DNA of 64,000 bases from assembly GCF_002571385.2 (NCBI RefSeq), contig NW_019218301.1, forward strand, positions 1-64,000, read 5' to 3'. A model generated the notes under the pieces. It had not been told where the DNA came from and searched no databases. It worked only from the letters and a program-made list of their open reading frames with translations. Every line of letters starts with the position of its first letter. The stretch's first letter is position 1. A program made the translations under genes and the position numbers. This document shows, piece after piece, positions 59,866 through 64,000 of the stretch. The DNA is from Stylophora pistillata. Its lineage: Eukaryota.

Positions 59866-62800
59866 TTTATTGCGTGGGAAGTCAGCAAAGATTTCGCAAG
59901 GATATAAAGAAAGTTCAACAATAGATATATTTGAATACTCTGAATTTAAAGAACTGTGAAGGCCAATGACAAATTTTCCGTCTGACGTATTTTACAGTTC
60001 CTTTGTCTCTCTTGTAGCTTCCTTCTTAGTTGTAAATAACTCGCAAGAACAGCTTTATACGAAAAACACAGTGTGTCATCCGCCGTTGAAATTTAGGTTT
60101 GCAGACGCTTATATTTAAGGCTAAATTCAGTTGTGATATTATTGTCGAGAAGCTAAACTAATACATATATAAACAAGAATATATTTTTCAGAAAGCCGGC
60201 TGGCCGGCAAGAAATATTTTTATAAGCTTGGATAAATATTACCGTGTGAACATGGCAGAAATAGTAACTAAAAGAAATGTAGCAGTTAATGGAAGCTTTA
60301 TGTAGTAAGGACGTGTCGCCTAGAATAGCATTTTTATTATCATTATTTTCTTTCGGTATCATTCTTTAACCTGTGGCAAATGACAGATAACAGGAAATGT
60401 ATGTTTGGTATTATGTTCTCTCCAAAAATATACCGAGTCCGGTATAAATAAACCTTTCGCAATAGTGTTTCAGCGATCGACGCAAACTGAAACCGGCAAA
60501 CCGCAGAGGATGCTCTGGTTTTGAACTTTTCAAATAGCTGCTTGTTTTCACCTGCGTTTCTAACATAATATTTCAAAGTACGGCACCCTTGAAAACACCG
60601 TTGATTTCTTTCAAATTACGTAAAAAAAATGTGACAAAGTTCCAAAAGGCTAATCCCCCTCCAAAAGACAATTTTTTCCCCAGTTTTCAATTTCGGAATT
60701 TGTTTACCCAAAGATCTAGCTAAACACTAAATCTCTTAACATATTTAGGAATATGCTTGTTAATCACTTTTCAATGAATAGGATGGGAATCACGATGATC
60801 GATCTTCTGGGCGACAACAAATTCGAGCTGCAAATAAAAGATAACACTTCAATCAGTAAGGCGGTTGAGGCGAACACCAAATTAAAGAGTACATCAAAAC
60901 AAGAACTGACTTCGGGTAGAAAGTCGAAACTAAGGTCGACACTTAAGGTGAGAAGCTAAAAAGTGTTGGACTGAAGCCATCACCAAAGAAAAAAACAAAT
61001 CCCTGATCAACGAAACAAGTTGAGACAATTAACACGTATTGCAAAACACAAATTTTTACATCATCCTCTCCGCAATCAACCATTAGATGGGATGAGCGAA
61101 ACTTCGAGAATAAAGATTGATTGCTTATAGATTTTATTTTACGAAAAGCTGCAGAGAGAAGAGGTAAGCACATCAGTTTGAGTCAAATTTTGCAATGTAG
61201 GACCTGTGAAAGGAAGCACGCGGCCTAAATTATTAATATTATTTTTTCTAGTTCAGCATTACTAAACCTTGGTAAAGGAACTCGTCATAGTTTGTTCCTT
61301 TAGAGGAATGCAATCATCATTTCACAAGTGCGTTAATTACATTTAGAATTTTTTAGTCATCATATTTGTGTCTCATTGAGCTAACACTTTGTAGTTTCCT
61401 TCATCTTCAAAGTTGTAAACGTGGCACGTGGCTGTAAACAACCCCAGCCAAATATCACTCAATGACATGACAGAGCGCTCTCAAATCAAGAATTTGTTTG
61501 TTTTCATCGGTCGATAGTGCGTGCAAATTCCTTCTCTACACCTAAATTCCTTCTCTGAGAAAAGGCCAGAAAATGTTTCGTATAAACAAAGATTCGTCTA
61601 GCTATAACATTTGATTTTTGCTATTTAATTCATGTGAAGGCCAAATGAGAATCTGTTAATTTTGCTGATAATCTGTAGTCCCAGTCATTGTGCCTCAGTA
61701 ATGACGTCAAAAACGTTTGAGGTAATCATGATCATGAGAAGAAAGAGCTTGTGGTCATTGTATATTGAAGTTCATAATTAAATGGTTTTCACTGCTTTTG
61801 ATATTTGTTCTTCAGTGTAAGTTCTGCTTTGCACATCTCGAGTTAGATTGGTCTGACAGAGCAATGATGGATTTTCAGGAACAAGGCGAAACCAATTCTC
61901 TCTCTATTTTCAGTCAAACAGATAAAACGTTTCTAGTATAGTTGTTTTGCATATTAATTTGAGCGTGTACGAAAAATGAAACCAGTCAAAACGAATTTGC
62001 AACGCAGAAAAAAACATACTAATTAGCTGGTTAAACGTTTGTCATGCCCGCATATTCTTCGAGGTAATCATGATTATCTGCGGTTGGTTGAAAAATTCGC
62101 GCTACCAAATTCATGTCAAATGGATTTGATAACAACAGCCGGCGGGCGGGAGTGCGTGCGTAAAACTGGAACTCTAGTGCAGCAGAAACGCACGCTTGCT
62201 TAAACAGGTACGTATTTTACAGGAAATATGTACGTAAAACAAACCGCTAGGGATAAATGGAAAGCTTGTGTCTGTAGTGGTAAAAGAAGCCTACGTCTGA
62301 ATTGTTTTTCGATGCAGACGCAAACCTTCGAGTCTCAACAGTCCTTTTTTTATGCATCAGTTCGTGACGTAAGTCAACGGAAAACGCTGCGTCATGCAGT
62401 GTTCGCTCACTGGCTCGTTATGTGCATTTCGCTGATTTCTTTTAATGGTCAGAGGGACTAAACCTCTCCATACGTTGTCCCATTTCTCATTCCTGCATTC
62501 ATGCGCGTGAGTCTACGGCACATGTAACTGATCACGCAAAAGAGGAAATCGCACAGGGCCCAAGAGCAACTTCGTCATTTCCAGTCACACGCCATTAAAC
62601 ACATGATTGTTTCTGTACTTATTTTGTTTAGGTGAGGGTAGCCTTCGGAAATGCAGCTTGTACTGTGAAACCGTGCACGTTTATTCACGATCTGACAACT
62701 TTGAACGTCTACACAAATTGACGCAACCACTGAGGCAAAGAATATTATTTATCGGTAAGCCTGGCAACACAGCTGATTCCCTGTTTATGATATTCCCAGC

Positions 62801-64000
62801 ATCAAACTGAAATGCAATTAAAAATCCTTTACTGAAAGTATAACAGTTTGAGGTAAACAAAGAATTTGTCGTGCAGAAACAGTCAAAACTAAAATTGTGT
62901 TCAGATTTTATTTCTTGCTACAGCACACTGTTGGAAACAACACGTCTCTGATATATCTTTGACGTAAAAACAATCTAACCACCGGAAGACACATCAGCCA
63001 TAACATAAAAACCAAGCACTCACAAAACTGATGAGCCATAGTCAGCCACTTCGGCCTCATTAGGCCTAGTCTCTAATGAAGGAGTGAAGAAAACGAAGGA
63101 GGTTTGGGTCCGTGTTCGCAACTAGACTACCCGATCAAAACCGAGATGTCTGTTGCCTCTCGGTCAATTTTATACTGCGAAGAGAAAATACAAACTACAA
63201 GAACTGTTCTCTCATTAAAACTTAAAAAAAAAAAAAAGATGTTTTAGGGAAGGGATACAAGGGACGAAGTATTTTACCTAATTAGTCCGGAGAGGAGTCA
63301 TGTTTTCAAATATAAAAAATACCGCATGAGAAATTTCCAGAAGAAAAGGTTTCAACACACCGAACTTGACGGGAAGTAATATCGACGAGTGACACAAAGA
63401 CCGTGAAAAGGAACTTCGTTTAATAGCATAACAATTCAGCGAAGGACGGATCCTGGATAGTTTAAGTGCCGTCTTCTTTTGTGCAAAAGGCAATAATATA
63501 TCGTAATGATCCCTGACCAGATCCGGGCCACTTTATAGGATGGATTTTATTAGCGCATCTTACCATAGTTTATTAATCAAATCGTATTTTTAGAGCTAGA
63601 ACGTAACAAGATCATTATCATTACATCAGATCTCTCCTCTGGAGAAAGCGACTTTGTCTAGTTATCTGTTTGTCTAAGTTTTTCCATTGGATGAGCTAGA
63701 TGAGTTATTTTGGTGATTCTTAATTTCATTGTTTTGGAATAAGCCGAAAATTTACAGCAAACTGGCAAATCCCTAAAACAGACTCACATAGCAATGGATT
63801 GCGTCCTGGCAGCGGACATTTCGCCGACAAAATCTTCCTCTAAATCTGCCGGTCACAAGGGCCGAGCCAAGCACGTAAATGACCCGTCATCAGCTCTGCC
63901 TTAAGTTGTTTTGAATTCTTATTTTGTGGATCGTTTTCTTATTCATCAAAGACCTTTCTTAGACTCGTTTAATTTATGTATTAAGAATACATGACGGTTC

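Noticed and set aside
60000-64000. Short ORFs in the last 4 kb
   Set aside because: No domains or coherent exon chain recognised; treated as intergenic or intronic.

Overview
AT-rich eukaryotic genomic DNA with spliceosomal introns. The gene and repeat content resembles a cnidarian, probably a scleractinian coral (inference). From left to right: (1) a partly duplicated tRNA cluster at 2.1-8.2 kb with four intron-containing tRNA-Met copies, two tRNA-Ile(GAU) and one intact plus two decayed tRNA-Lys(UUU); (2) HSBP1 (minus strand, with a U12 AT-AC intron) head-to-head with a 16-exon FBXO15-like gene; (3) a PIF/Harbinger deletion derivative and a PAN-like pseudo-exon; (4) the main find, a 9-exon minus-strand NLR gene that splices in frame into OTU deubiquitinase - PNP/MTA-SAH nucleosidase - NACHT - about 20 LRRs (about 1770 aa), with an intact OTU Cys/His but substitutions at the nucleosidase Asp and the Walker B Asp; (5) an ISL2EU-like THAP element; (6) a disabled GPR158/GPR179-like GPCR gene; (7) a repeat-rich stretch with a 53-bp tandem array, a long hairpin and a Penelope fragment with a hammerhead-like motif; (8) a single-coding-exon ankyrin protein with PxIxIT-like motifs. 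Gene models and family calls were made by hand from splice sites, phases and remembered motifs; no database searches were run.
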